From Acidobacteriota bacterium (GTDB taxonomy: Bacteria > Acidobacteriota > UBA6911 > RPQK01 > JADFOI01): a stretch of DNA of 64,000 bases. Below, in pieces: positions 9,905 to 18,123 of the stretch. Location of the stretch: the NCBI GenBank assembly GCA_963663035.1, contig OY760074.1, positions 1,024,001 to 1,088,000 on the forward strand, in the 5' to 3' direction. A program made the position numbers and the translations under genes. The first letter of the stretch is position 1. Every line of letters begins with the position of its first letter. Below the pieces are notes generated by a model. That model saw only the letters and a list, made by a program, of their open reading frames with translations, was not told where the DNA came from and did no database searches.

Positions 9905-10165
9905 CCCGCATTTCTCGCACCAGGTCGTCGCGAAGCGGCAGAAGGGCCGGAAAACAGAGCCGTGGGCTTTAGCCCACGGGCCCGCAGGCTAAAGCCTGCG
10001 GCTCCGACTGGCGCGCGAGGGGTACCCGCTTGCGGGTCGACCCCCGCAAACGTACTCTTGAGTACGTTGAGGAGGCTGAGGGGTACCCGCTTGCGGGTCG
10101 CGCAACACTGTCAGGTCGGATCATTGCGTCGATGTAGTAGAGCGGATGTGAGAAGTGCGGGCTAA
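9901..10165. repeat. Long-hairpin repeat family A, copy 3 (composite: family B doublet, duplicated core, GTAC hairpin)
   Basis: TTAGCCCGCATTTCTC...GAGAAGTGCGGGCTAA; GGGGTACCCGCTTGCGGGTCG occurs twice. Confidence 0.9.
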
Positions 10166-10166
10166 C

Positions 10167-11195
10167 TTAGCCCTTCTCTGCCTGGTATCCGTCCCGGTGC
10201 TGAACTTTCAGATTCTTGTCCGGTTTCCCGTCACCGTCTACGTCTGCCACAACCTCCACCTTGATTTTCCGAAATTTCCCGTCCTTTTTGGTGTTGGTGG
10301 AGACATAACCCAGAGAGTACTGGTTCCTGAGCAACCTTGAAATGGTCTCGAAGATTGCCCGGTATTGCGGCTCGAAGCGAGGGAAAAAGGCCATACCACC
10401 CGTGTGTTTGGCGAAGGCCTTGAGGACGGCATCGGCCTGGAAGAGATCCATCCGCGTCGTATTGCTGTAGTACCGATCGTCAGTGACGCGTGAAGATCCA
10501 CCCAGACTGATGGGGTAGATGACGGCGTTGGATTCTTTGACCTTATCCAGGATGTCGTCGAGATTAATCTTACTGAAGGTGTCCAGTCCAGAGGACACCA
10601 GGACCACGGCGGCTTTACTTTCCAGGTCTTCCACCCCATCGAGTACTTCGTAAAGGGCGTCGTAGAGATTACTCTCCCTAAAGGCCGGATAGTTCAGTCT
10701 GCGAAGAGAATTGAAGACTTCATTCTTGTTGTGCGTGAAATCAACCAGAATCTCGGACCGAATGTCGTAGGCAACTACCGCAATCCAGTCCTCCGGCCGC
10801 ATCTGGGCCACGAAGTAATTGGAGGCCTGATAGGCTTCATAGAGCCATTGCCAGGGAATGACACTGCTGAACTCTACCAGGAGGACGGCTGTGATGGGCG
10901 CTTCAATGGGAGTGAAAAAGGAGATGTCCTGCTCGACTTTTTCTTCGAAGACTTTGAAGTGTTCCCTCCCCAGCCCCTGGATCAGATTCCCATCCTTGTC
11001 CTGAACCGTCACGTCAACTTTGATTTGGTTGACGGCAACTCTCAGGGAGGCCCGGCCCTGGGGTTTCTCCTCCTGTTCCTCAATGGGCTGTTCCCTTTCC
11101 TGTGCTTGAACAGCATTGGGTAAGACACCCCAGGTCAAGAGAGAGACAGCCACGATTAACGCGCAAAATAGTCTTTTCATGGTCGAGATCCTCAC
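10167..11195 (-). CDS. Secreted VWA-domain protein (Acidobacterial VWFA-related)
   Basis: Signal peptide, VDVTVQDKDGNLIQGL, LYDALY, LRNQYSLGY, DGKFRKIKV; DxSxS motif degenerate (EFSSV); start may be ATG near 11180. Confidence 0.85.
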   Translation of the reverse strand: MRISTMKRLFCALIVAVSLLTWGVLPNAVQAQEREQPIEEQEEKPQGRASLRVAVNQIKVDVTVQDKDGNLIQGLGREHFKVFEEKVEQDISFFTPIEAPITAVLLVEFSSVIPWQWLYEAYQASNYFVAQMRPEDWIAVVAYDIRSEILVDFTHNKNEVFNSLRRLNYPAFRESNLYDALYEVLDGVEDLESKAAVVLVSSGLDTFSKINLDDILDKVKESNAVIYPISLGGSSRVTDDRYYSNTTRMDLFQADAVLKAFAKHTGGMAFFPRFEPQYRAIFETISRLLRNQYSLGYVSTNTKKDGKFRKIKVEVVADVDGDGKPDKNLKVQHRDGYQAEKG

Positions 11196-11412
11196 AGTTC
11201 TTCTACCAGTATACTCCGTTTTCGAGAACGAATCACTCGCCCCGATGATTCATAAATTTTTGCCGCTGCGGAAGCAGCCTTTCTGAATTTGGTGATGCAT
11301 ATGAGTGGCAAAAGTTCTGCACCCAGTGTGTGAGACGAAACACCGGAGGGTGACGAATCTTCAGACAAGTGCAGGTCACTGCCTGCTGAAGTTTGTGATT
11401 TCCAGGAGAGAG

Positions 11413-11611
11413 ACCTCCGGAGCCCCGAAGGGGCGCCAGGAAATAGCCAGGGGTGTAAACCCCTGGTCATCGAGCAGGTTTGGCGAGGAGCCCTGTAAGG
11501 GCGGCACTCCGAAGTCTTTTTTTCTGTGCCGCCCTTTCAGGGCTCTGATCTGCTACTCCATCCTACCCAGGGCTACGCCCTGGGCTATTTCCTGTCGCCC
11601 CTTCGGGGCTC
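11413..11611. repeat. Family C multi-hairpin REP-like inverted pair
   Basis: GAGCCCCGAAGGGGCG...AAATAGCCAGGGG...GAGCCCTGTAAGGGCGGCAC and its inverted partner; half copy at 44692. Confidence 0.85.
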
Positions 11612-12948
11612 AAGAGCACCGTTCCTTCGAGCTCGCGGCCGATCAGGACGAAGTGAAAATCCATCACGTTGGTCAGGGTTGGGCCGGTCATGATCAGATC
11701 ACCCAATGGAGCGAAAAAGTGATAGGAATCATTGCGGTCCAGATAGTCCTGAATCGACAGGCCCTTTGCTCTTGCCAGCTGGGCGGTTGCGGGTGAAGCG
11801 ACAGCGCCGGCTGCGTCTGTGGGCCCGTCAGTTCCATCCGATCCCAGACTGGCGAATAACACATCCGTATGGCTCCAATCGGCAATCTCGCGGGCGCACC
11901 AGAGAGCAAACTCCTGATTTCTTCCTCCTTTTCCCGTTCCACTGATGCGCACAGTCGTTTCACCGCCCGAGATGATACAGCAAGGGGGGGCAATGGGATG
12001 CCCGCTACCCAGCACCTCGCGTGCTACGGCCACGTGCAGCAGGGCCACATCTGCCGTATTACCGGTCATGGAGGAAGAGAGGATCAGCGGCGAAAAGCCG
12101 AGTGCTCTGGCTTGCTCAGCTGCCGCCTGGAGAGCCTGAGTATTACATCCGACAATGGCATTTTGCACCTTCTCAAGGCGAGGATCGCCCGGTTTGGGCG
12201 TCTCCTCTTCACCCGAGCGGAGATACTTGAGCACGGAGGCCGGGACTTTTTCTTCAATCCCCTGTCTGTGAAGAATTTCCACACACTGCTGGAAGGTTGT
12301 GGGATCCGCACTGGTGAGACCAGAAGCGATGCTGGCCGGATCATCGCCTACCACATCTGAGAGCAAAAGAGTCATCACTTCGGCACCCTGAGTGTAGTCC
12401 AGCAACCGTCCTCCTTTGATCCTGCTGAGATGCTTACGGATGGCGTTGATCTCCTGAATGGTGGCTTCGCTTTTGAGCAACAGGCTTGTGGTGGCTTGTT
12501 TTTCCTCAAAGGTGATGGCCGAAACCGGTGCAGGAAGCAGTGCCGATCCTCCTCCTGAGATGACGACGATCAGGAGATCCTTCTCATGCAGATTTTCGCG
12601 GAGAAAGGTTAAAAGATGTTGGGTCGATTGGTATCCTCCCTCATCCGGCTCAGGGTGGCCTCCTTCCAGGACGGTGGTCTTCTGGAGTTTCCCGCTGTGC
12701 CCGTACTTGACGACGACCAGTCCCATCTCCAGCTTTTCTCCCAGGACCCCTTCCACCGCACGAGCCATGGGAACCCCTGCTTTACCGGCGCCCACCAGGA
12801 ACACTCGTCGATCGGCAAGAGAGTAGGTTCGATCGGCCACGAGCAGCCGGTCATCTTCTCGATTGAGGAGCCGTGACACCGCTTTCTCCGGCTCCACGGC
12901 CTCGAGAGCACTGCGCTGGATCTGTTCCAGAGCCGATCGAAGTTCCAT
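11563..12948 (-). CDS. Glycerate 2-kinase (MOFRL/TtuD/GckA family)
   Basis: GAGKAG, ISGGGSAL, RKHLSRIKGG, SDVVGDD, GGETTV, GGRNQE, DGTDG, TGPTLTNVMD. Confidence 0.93.
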   Translation of the reverse strand: MELRSALEQIQRSALEAVEPEKAVSRLLNREDDRLLVADRTYSLADRRVFLVGAGKAGVPMARAVEGVLGEKLEMGLVVVKYGHSGKLQKTTVLEGGHPEPDEGGYQSTQHLLTFLRENLHEKDLLIVVISGGGSALLPAPVSAITFEEKQATTSLLLKSEATIQEINAIRKHLSRIKGGRLLDYTQGAEVMTLLLSDVVGDDPASIASGLTSADPTTFQQCVEILHRQGIEEKVPASVLKYLRSGEEETPKPGDPRLEKVQNAIVGCNTQALQAAAEQARALGFSPLILSSSMTGNTADVALLHVAVAREVLGSGHPIAPPCCIISGGETTVRISGTGKGGRNQEFALWCAREIADWSHTDVLFASLGSDGTDGPTDAAGAVASPATAQLARAKGLSIQDYLDRNDSYHFFAPLGDLIMTGPTLTNVMDFHFVLIGRELEGTVLLSPEGATGNSPGRSPG

Positions 12949-12991
12949 GGGACCATTATAGAGTTCCAGGCAGGAGCAAAGCACGGTTTTC

Positions 12992-13020
12992 TTGTCGGGT
13001 ACGGCTTCAAATGCTAAACT
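12992..13020 (+). promoter_or_regulatory. Sigma70-type promoter of gpgS
   Basis: TTGTCG-17 nt-TAAACT with extended TG, 7 nt before the ATG. Confidence 0.65.
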
Positions 13021-13027
13021 TCAAGCC

Positions 13028-14290
13028 ATGAGCGACTTCCATCAAGCAGGCATGATCAGTACCCTTCATCGATTGGGAAACGCCGATCCGGAGAGTCTGG
13101 AAGCAGAGCTTCTCGAGCATGTTAAGACCCGTCCCATCGCGCTGGTGCTGCCTTGCCTATACTCAGAACTGGAGGGGGAGGCGGTCCCTATCATCGTGGA
13201 AGAGCTCAAGAAGGTGGAGTATATCGATCAGATCGTCCTGAGCATGGATCGGATGGACCTGGAGGAGTTCAAAAATGCTGCTTCGTTCTTCTCAAAAGTA
13301 CCTCAGCATTTGCGGATTCTCTGGCACGATGGGCCCCATCTCCAGCGGCTCATCGAGGAGCTGGATGACAACGACTTGTCGGTAGGTGGGCGGGGAAAGG
13401 GACGGGGCAGTTGGCTGGCCTTCGGTTATGTGCTGGCCACTCAAAGGGCAGCGGTCATTGCCTTGCATGACTGTGACATCGTTTCCTACGAGCGGGACCT
13501 GTTGGCTCGACTCTGTTATCCCCTTGCCAATAAGAGCATGGGCTATGAATTCTGCAAGGGATACTACTCCCGCTATGGAAGGCGTCTTTACGGACGAGTG
13601 ACCCGCCTTTTTGTCACTCCACTCCTGGAAGCCTTGACCCAGTTGACAGGGCATGTCCGGATTTTGGACTATCTGGAAAGTTTCCGTTATCCACTGGCGG
13701 GAGAATTCGCTATCACGACCGGACTGGCACGAGCCAACCGAATACCGGGCGACTGGGGTTTAGAGATCGGTACGCTGTGTGAGGTGTATCGGAACTGTTC
13801 CCTCAAGCGCATCTGCCAGGTGGATCTCATAGAAAATTACCAGCACAAGCACCAGGAACTCTCTCACCAGGATCCTGCCAAGGGTTTGATGAAGATGGCG
13901 GTAGATATTGCCGATACCTTGTTCCGAACCCTGGCTACGGAGGGCGTGATCATGAGCGAGGCCTTTTTTCGGACTCTCTCAACCGCCTACCAGCGTTCCG
14001 CCGAGGACATCATTCGGCGCTACAATGACGATGCCGCCATCAATGGATTGGAATTGGATCGTCACTCCGAGAATCTGGCCGTGGGTACCTTTCGAAGGGC
14101 TTTGGAGATCGCCTGCATGAAGTTTGTAGAGGATCCGCACGGAGCCTTGCTCATCCCCAACTGGAACCGGGTTACTTCGGCCCTGCCCGACTTTCTGGAT
14201 CGGCTCTACGAGGCGGTTGAAGAAGACCATCTGATGGTCAGCCGCCAGGAGATAGGAGCCAGGAGTGAGGAGATAGGAGCCAGAAGCTAA
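13028..14290 (+). CDS. gpgS: Glucosyl-3-phosphoglycerate synthase-like glycosyltransferase
   Basis: MSDFHQAGMISTLH start, GKGRGSW, HDCD (DxD), FCKGYYSR..LYGRVTRL, FRYPLAGEF, DWGLEIG, HKHQ, IPNWNRV, resembling the cyanobacterial/proteobacterial GpgS type. Confidence 0.8.
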   Translation: MSDFHQAGMISTLHRLGNADPESLEAELLEHVKTRPIALVLPCLYSELEGEAVPIIVEELKKVEYIDQIVLSMDRMDLEEFKNAASFFSKVPQHLRILWHDGPHLQRLIEELDDNDLSVGGRGKGRGSWLAFGYVLATQRAAVIALHDCDIVSYERDLLARLCYPLANKSMGYEFCKGYYSRYGRRLYGRVTRLFVTPLLEALTQLTGHVRILDYLESFRYPLAGEFAITTGLARANRIPGDWGLEIGTLCEVYRNCSLKRICQVDLIENYQHKHQELSHQDPAKGLMKMAVDIADTLFRTLATEGVIMSEAFFRTLSTAYQRSAEDIIRRYNDDAAINGLELDRHSENLAVGTFRRALEIACMKFVEDPHGALLIPNWNRVTSALPDFLDRLYEAVEEDHLMVSRQEIGARSEEIGARS

Positions 14291-14323
14291 AAGAGAGAAT
14301 CCAGCCTCCTACCTCCTTTTCCA

Positions 14324-15448
14324 TCAATTCAGATTCAGATGCACCAGGTCATCTTGTTTGAACAGTTTGGGGAAACGCTTCAGCAGCTGATGGCGAGTTA
14401 TGCCGGCAGTGATTCCCAGGCTGACCGTGACAGCGATAAAGAGCAGAATCATGATCAGAATGGCTCTCACGACTCCCATGAAGGAGCCGACCATTTCCCT
14501 CATGACCCTCTCGGGATCCAGATCCTTCTGGTAGAGCCAGGTGATGGTCGGAATGTACTGGATCCGGGGAAGGATTTCGCGAGCCAAAGGCTCCGGGCCG
14601 AAAAAGATGGCGATCATGAGCCCGGTCCGTTTCATATACACTCCCTGGGGCGAGAAGTAGTCCTCCATCGCGTTCTGCAACCTTACCAGGTAGTCTGCGG
14701 CCACAGCGGTGGTGGGATATCCAATCAGGAAAAGTGCATGGTCATCGGGAGCGTACTGGGCAAAAGTTACCTCAATATCTTTGTCGAATCCCATTTGTGC
14801 CCTCCAACCTTCGGGAAAGTGGCGGTTCAAGGCCAGGCCGGATTCCCCGAGGTAGAAGCGTATCGATTCGAGGATTAATCCTTCTTTGGGAAGGCGGAGC
14901 ACGGTGCCGGGATGAAGGTTGAGCAGAGGAATCGCTTCAACCAGGGTCTGGGCAAGGTTGCCAAGGGTTTCCTTGGAGCTCTGTCCTGGTTCCGGTTCGC
15001 TGAGATGAAGGAAGTAATGACCACGCCAAAGGACGAGGCTCTGGTCGGAGTAATAGTTGTCCACCGGGAGGTTCAACCGTTCCTGAGGAGCGTTTTTCAA
15101 GAAGCTTTGCCAAATGGAAAACATTCCAAAGGCCCCCAGGGCATCTTTCATCTCATAGATCTCTAGTTCCAGGGAAGGCAGTTCAGACGTGCTCTCTGGC
15201 CGGACAGCCCAGCGGGAATAAGAGAGCAGGATGTATTCCTCCAGAAGGATCCCGCTGAAGGGACCGATTCCAACCTGTTCCTCGGGTGGGGTCAGCTCGC
15301 TGAGTTGTTCAAACCGGTATTCGCTCAGCTCGAGCAAATACTTCTGGATGGTGGCTTCTGCCTCTACTGAGGAGGGAGTCAGAAGGGCGCAAAGAACCGT
15401 AAAAAGTAAACTTCTGACAAGGCGCTTCACCCCAATGAAAGACATCAC
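14324..15448 (-). CDS. Exported, C-terminally anchored protein (DUF6599-like)
   Basis: Signal peptide; EIYEMKDALGAFGMFS and WRGHYFL motifs; C-terminal TM helix. Confidence 0.6.
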   Translation of the reverse strand: MMSFIGVKRLVRSLLFTVLCALLTPSSVEAEATIQKYLLELSEYRFEQLSELTPPEEQVGIGPFSGILLEEYILLSYSRWAVRPESTSELPSLELEIYEMKDALGAFGMFSIWQSFLKNAPQERLNLPVDNYYSDQSLVLWRGHYFLHLSEPEPGQSSKETLGNLAQTLVEAIPLLNLHPGTVLRLPKEGLILESIRFYLGESGLALNRHFPEGWRAQMGFDKDIEVTFAQYAPDDHALFLIGYPTTAVAADYLVRLQNAMEDYFSPQGVYMKRTGLMIAIFFGPEPLAREILPRIQYIPTITWLYQKDLDPERVMREMVGSFMGVVRAILIMILLFIAVTVSLGITAGITRHQLLKRFPKLFKQDDLVHLNLN

Positions 15449-15484
15449 TGATGGGTATTATATGGCTTCAGCCCGTGGAGATGT

Positions 15485-17161
15485 CTAATCAGGTGAGTCA
15501 CTGGCGGTGTTGGCGGTCCGCTCGAAGGTGGGGACGGCGCCCAGGGAGCGCAAGTATTGTTCGATTCCTCGAAAGAGAGCTTCTGCAACCTGATTTCGTC
15601 CCTCCTGCTCCTTGAAGTACTGTTCGTCAGAGGGATTGCTGAGGAACCCGACCTCGGTCAAGATGCCGGGCATGTTCAGGTTGATGAGAACGATAAAGGG
15701 CGCTTTCTTGACTCCGCGGTCCCGAAGGATGGGACGGTGGTTCTTCACTTCTTTGTACAGGCTCTGCTGGACAGTCTGGGCCAGATCGCTTGACTCCTCG
15801 TTGTAATCCCCCATGGTGATTTGCCTGAGCAGATCTTCAAGGTCGCTGATGTTCCTTTGTGAACTGGCATTTTCACGACTGGCTACTTCGCGTTCCTCTG
15901 CGTTCGAGGTCAAGTTCAAAAAGAATGTCTCCACCCCGGAAACCTTCCGACTCTTGCTGGAGTTGGCATGCACCGAGATGAAGAGGTCGGCACCCAGTTG
16001 GTTGGCAATAGCGGTACGCTCTTCCAGCGGAACAAATGTGTCCGTGCTTCGGGTCAACACCACTTCGGTTGCCAACCGCGTTTCCAGAAGCTCTTTCACT
16101 TTGAGTGAAACGGCCAGTACCAGGTTTTTCTCCATTAAACCGGAGGGCCCAATCGTGCCGGTGTCTACGCCTCCATGACCGGGATCAATGACCACCCGAC
16201 CCACTTTGAGGCCCAGGACCCGAGTGAGGCTGCGATCTCCATTGAGATTGGAAGCGGGAGTAATAGGGGTTTCACTTACCCTGATCTGCCTGTCTGTGCC
16301 TGTTTCCAGAGAGATGACGGCCTCTTGAGTCTTGACGGTGCGCTCGGTGTTGGTCGAGGCCACTGAAGGGCGCACCCCACCCTGCGTGTCAATGACGATG
16401 CGGAAAGGATCATAGAGTGCGAAGACTGTGTGTTTATTGATCTTCTCGAAATCGAGAACGAGCCGGACTTTGGCCGGGCTGTTCTGGGCGACGCGGATCT
16501 GCTTGATGAAGAGATCGTTGACGGGGTAGATCTTCCCGTTGAGCTCGGAGTTGAGGCGTGTCCCTTCCAGGTCGAAGTAAATGCGGTCGGGGTTCGAGAG
16601 AATGTGCTTTTGAAATTCGACTTCCTGGTCCAGTTGAATGACTACGCGGGTGTAATCCTTACTGGACCAGTAGCGAATTTCAGAGACGGTAGCCAGATCA
16701 GCTAGCCGACCCCGGATGTCTTCTATCTCTGGCTGGGCAGCCACTTCCTGCTCCACAACCGGCTTTGGTTTCAGCAGCTCCGCCCGCTCCAGCGCATCCC
16801 CCTTATGCTTGGTCCGGGGGTACTGATCAGCTACAAACTCGAAATAGTAGATGGCCTGCTGGCGGTAGCCTTTGTTTTCAAAGCGTTGCGCCATTTCCTC
16901 GTACAGACCGCCCACGGCGTAAAGAGCGTCGTCACAGGCTCCGTAGGTGGGGTCGTGGTCCACTACCCGGCGATAGAAAAAAATGGTCTGTCTATACCTT
17001 GTCAGGGTCCGATCGGATTTCGCTGTCTGCAGGAGCTGGTCGTGGTATTGGCGAGCCTTCTGGTAGGCAGCTCGCGCCGCCTGGCGGTCACGCCCGTAGA
17101 GGGACGTCGAAATCGCCAGAAGGAGTAGAAAACCCGTAATGACAGACGTATATCTGCGCAT
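15485..17161 (-). CDS. amiC: N-acetylmuramoyl-L-alanine amidase (TPR + AMIN + Amidase_3)
   Basis: VIDPGHGG, EK, LEERTAIAN, FISVHANS, GILTEVGFLSN; AMIN motifs TRVVI and PFRIVID. Confidence 0.92.
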   Translation of the reverse strand: MRRYTSVITGFLLLLAISTSLYGRDRQAARAAYQKARQYHDQLLQTAKSDRTLTRYRQTIFFYRRVVDHDPTYGACDDALYAVGGLYEEMAQRFENKGYRQQAIYYFEFVADQYPRTKHKGDALERAELLKPKPVVEQEVAAQPEIEDIRGRLADLATVSEIRYWSSKDYTRVVIQLDQEVEFQKHILSNPDRIYFDLEGTRLNSELNGKIYPVNDLFIKQIRVAQNSPAKVRLVLDFEKINKHTVFALYDPFRIVIDTQGGVRPSVASTNTERTVKTQEAVISLETGTDRQIRVSETPITPASNLNGDRSLTRVLGLKVGRVVIDPGHGGVDTGTIGPSGLMEKNLVLAVSLKVKELLETRLATEVVLTRSTDTFVPLEERTAIANQLGADLFISVHANSSKSRKVSGVETFFLNLTSNAEEREVASRENASSQRNISDLEDLLRQITMGDYNEESSDLAQTVQQSLYKEVKNHRPILRDRGVKKAPFIVLINLNMPGILTEVGFLSNPSDEQYFKEQEGRNQVAEALFRGIEQYLRSLGAVPTFERTANTASDSPD

Positions 17162-17222
17162 CCACTTCTCAGAAGTCTAGTTCCTCGATTCTTACTCGAA
17201 AAAAGTATAGAACAGACGTGTG

Positions 17223-17804
17223 TCACTCTGTGTTGGTAAAGAGGACACTTCCGTTGGGCTGGATGACGCGTTTGAGTCGAAACTTGCCGCGTGGCCACTG
17301 GACGGGGGGTACTGGGGCCGGGGCCGAATTCAAGGCGTGGTAAGCACTTGTGACTTTACGGACATATTTTTGAGTCTCGGAATAGGGAGGCACTCCACTG
17401 TAACGGACCACGGCGTTTTCCCCGGCGTTGTAGGCGGCCAGGACGTGCTCCAGATTACCTTGGAAGTAACCCATCAGAAAGTTCAAATACCTGATACCAC
17501 CCTGGATGTTGTCTTCCGGGTCAAAACTGTCGGTCACACCAAATCGCCTGGCCGTGTCGGGGTGAAGCTGCATCAATCCCTCACAGCCTTTTGAGGAGAC
17601 GGCGTAGCGATCGTAGTTGCTTTCCACCATGATGATCGCCTCCACCAGATGGACATTCAGATCGTATTTTGGCGCCCATTCCTCGATCAGGGAGAGGTAG
17701 CCGGCTCGGGTATCGCGGAGGTCATTGGTGTCCAGAGAAGAGGCGCTATCATCGGCCCAAAGAGAGGTGCTGAGCAGGACCAGGAGGACCGCCAGGATGG
17801 CCAT
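17223..17804 (-). CDS. Lytic transglycosylase (SLT domain)
   Basis: AIIMVESNY, AVSSKGCEGLMQL, LAAYNAGE, PPYSETQKYV. Confidence 0.92.
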   Translation of the reverse strand: MAILAVLLVLLSTSLWADDSASSLDTNDLRDTRAGYLSLIEEWAPKYDLNVHLVEAIIMVESNYDRYAVSSKGCEGLMQLHPDTARRFGVTDSFDPEDNIQGGIRYLNFLMGYFQGNLEHVLAAYNAGENAVVRYSGVPPYSETQKYVRKVTSAYHALNSAPAPVPPVQWPRGKFRLKRVIQPNGSVLFTNTE

Positions 17805-17919
17805 GGGGTCTCTAAGATGTTTGTTGAGTAGTGGTAAACGTCCCAAGCTTATACTATACCTCAATCGGTGCTCCCTTTGATCGGTTCCAGGTCTCCAACA
17901 GGGGAGCACAGGAGCTAGG

Positions 17920-18123
17920 TTGACCCGCAGTTCTCACACCCGCTCTACTGCATCGGCGTAATGATCCGACCTGACTGCGTTGCGCGACCCGCAAGCGGGT
18001 ACCCCTCGTGCGCCAGTCGGAGCCGCAGGCTTTAGCCTGCGGGCCCGTGGGCTAAAGCCCACGGCTCTGTTTTCCGTCCCTTCCGCCGCTTCGCAACGAC
18101 CTGGTGTGAGAACTGCGGGTTAA
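17920..18123. repeat. Long-hairpin repeat family A, copy 4 (with family B doublet)
   Basis: ACCCGCAGTTCTCACACC...GGTGTGAGAACTGCGGGT; core CGCGACCCGCAAGCGGGTACCCCTC; resembles the reverse complement of 9901-10165. Confidence 0.9.
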
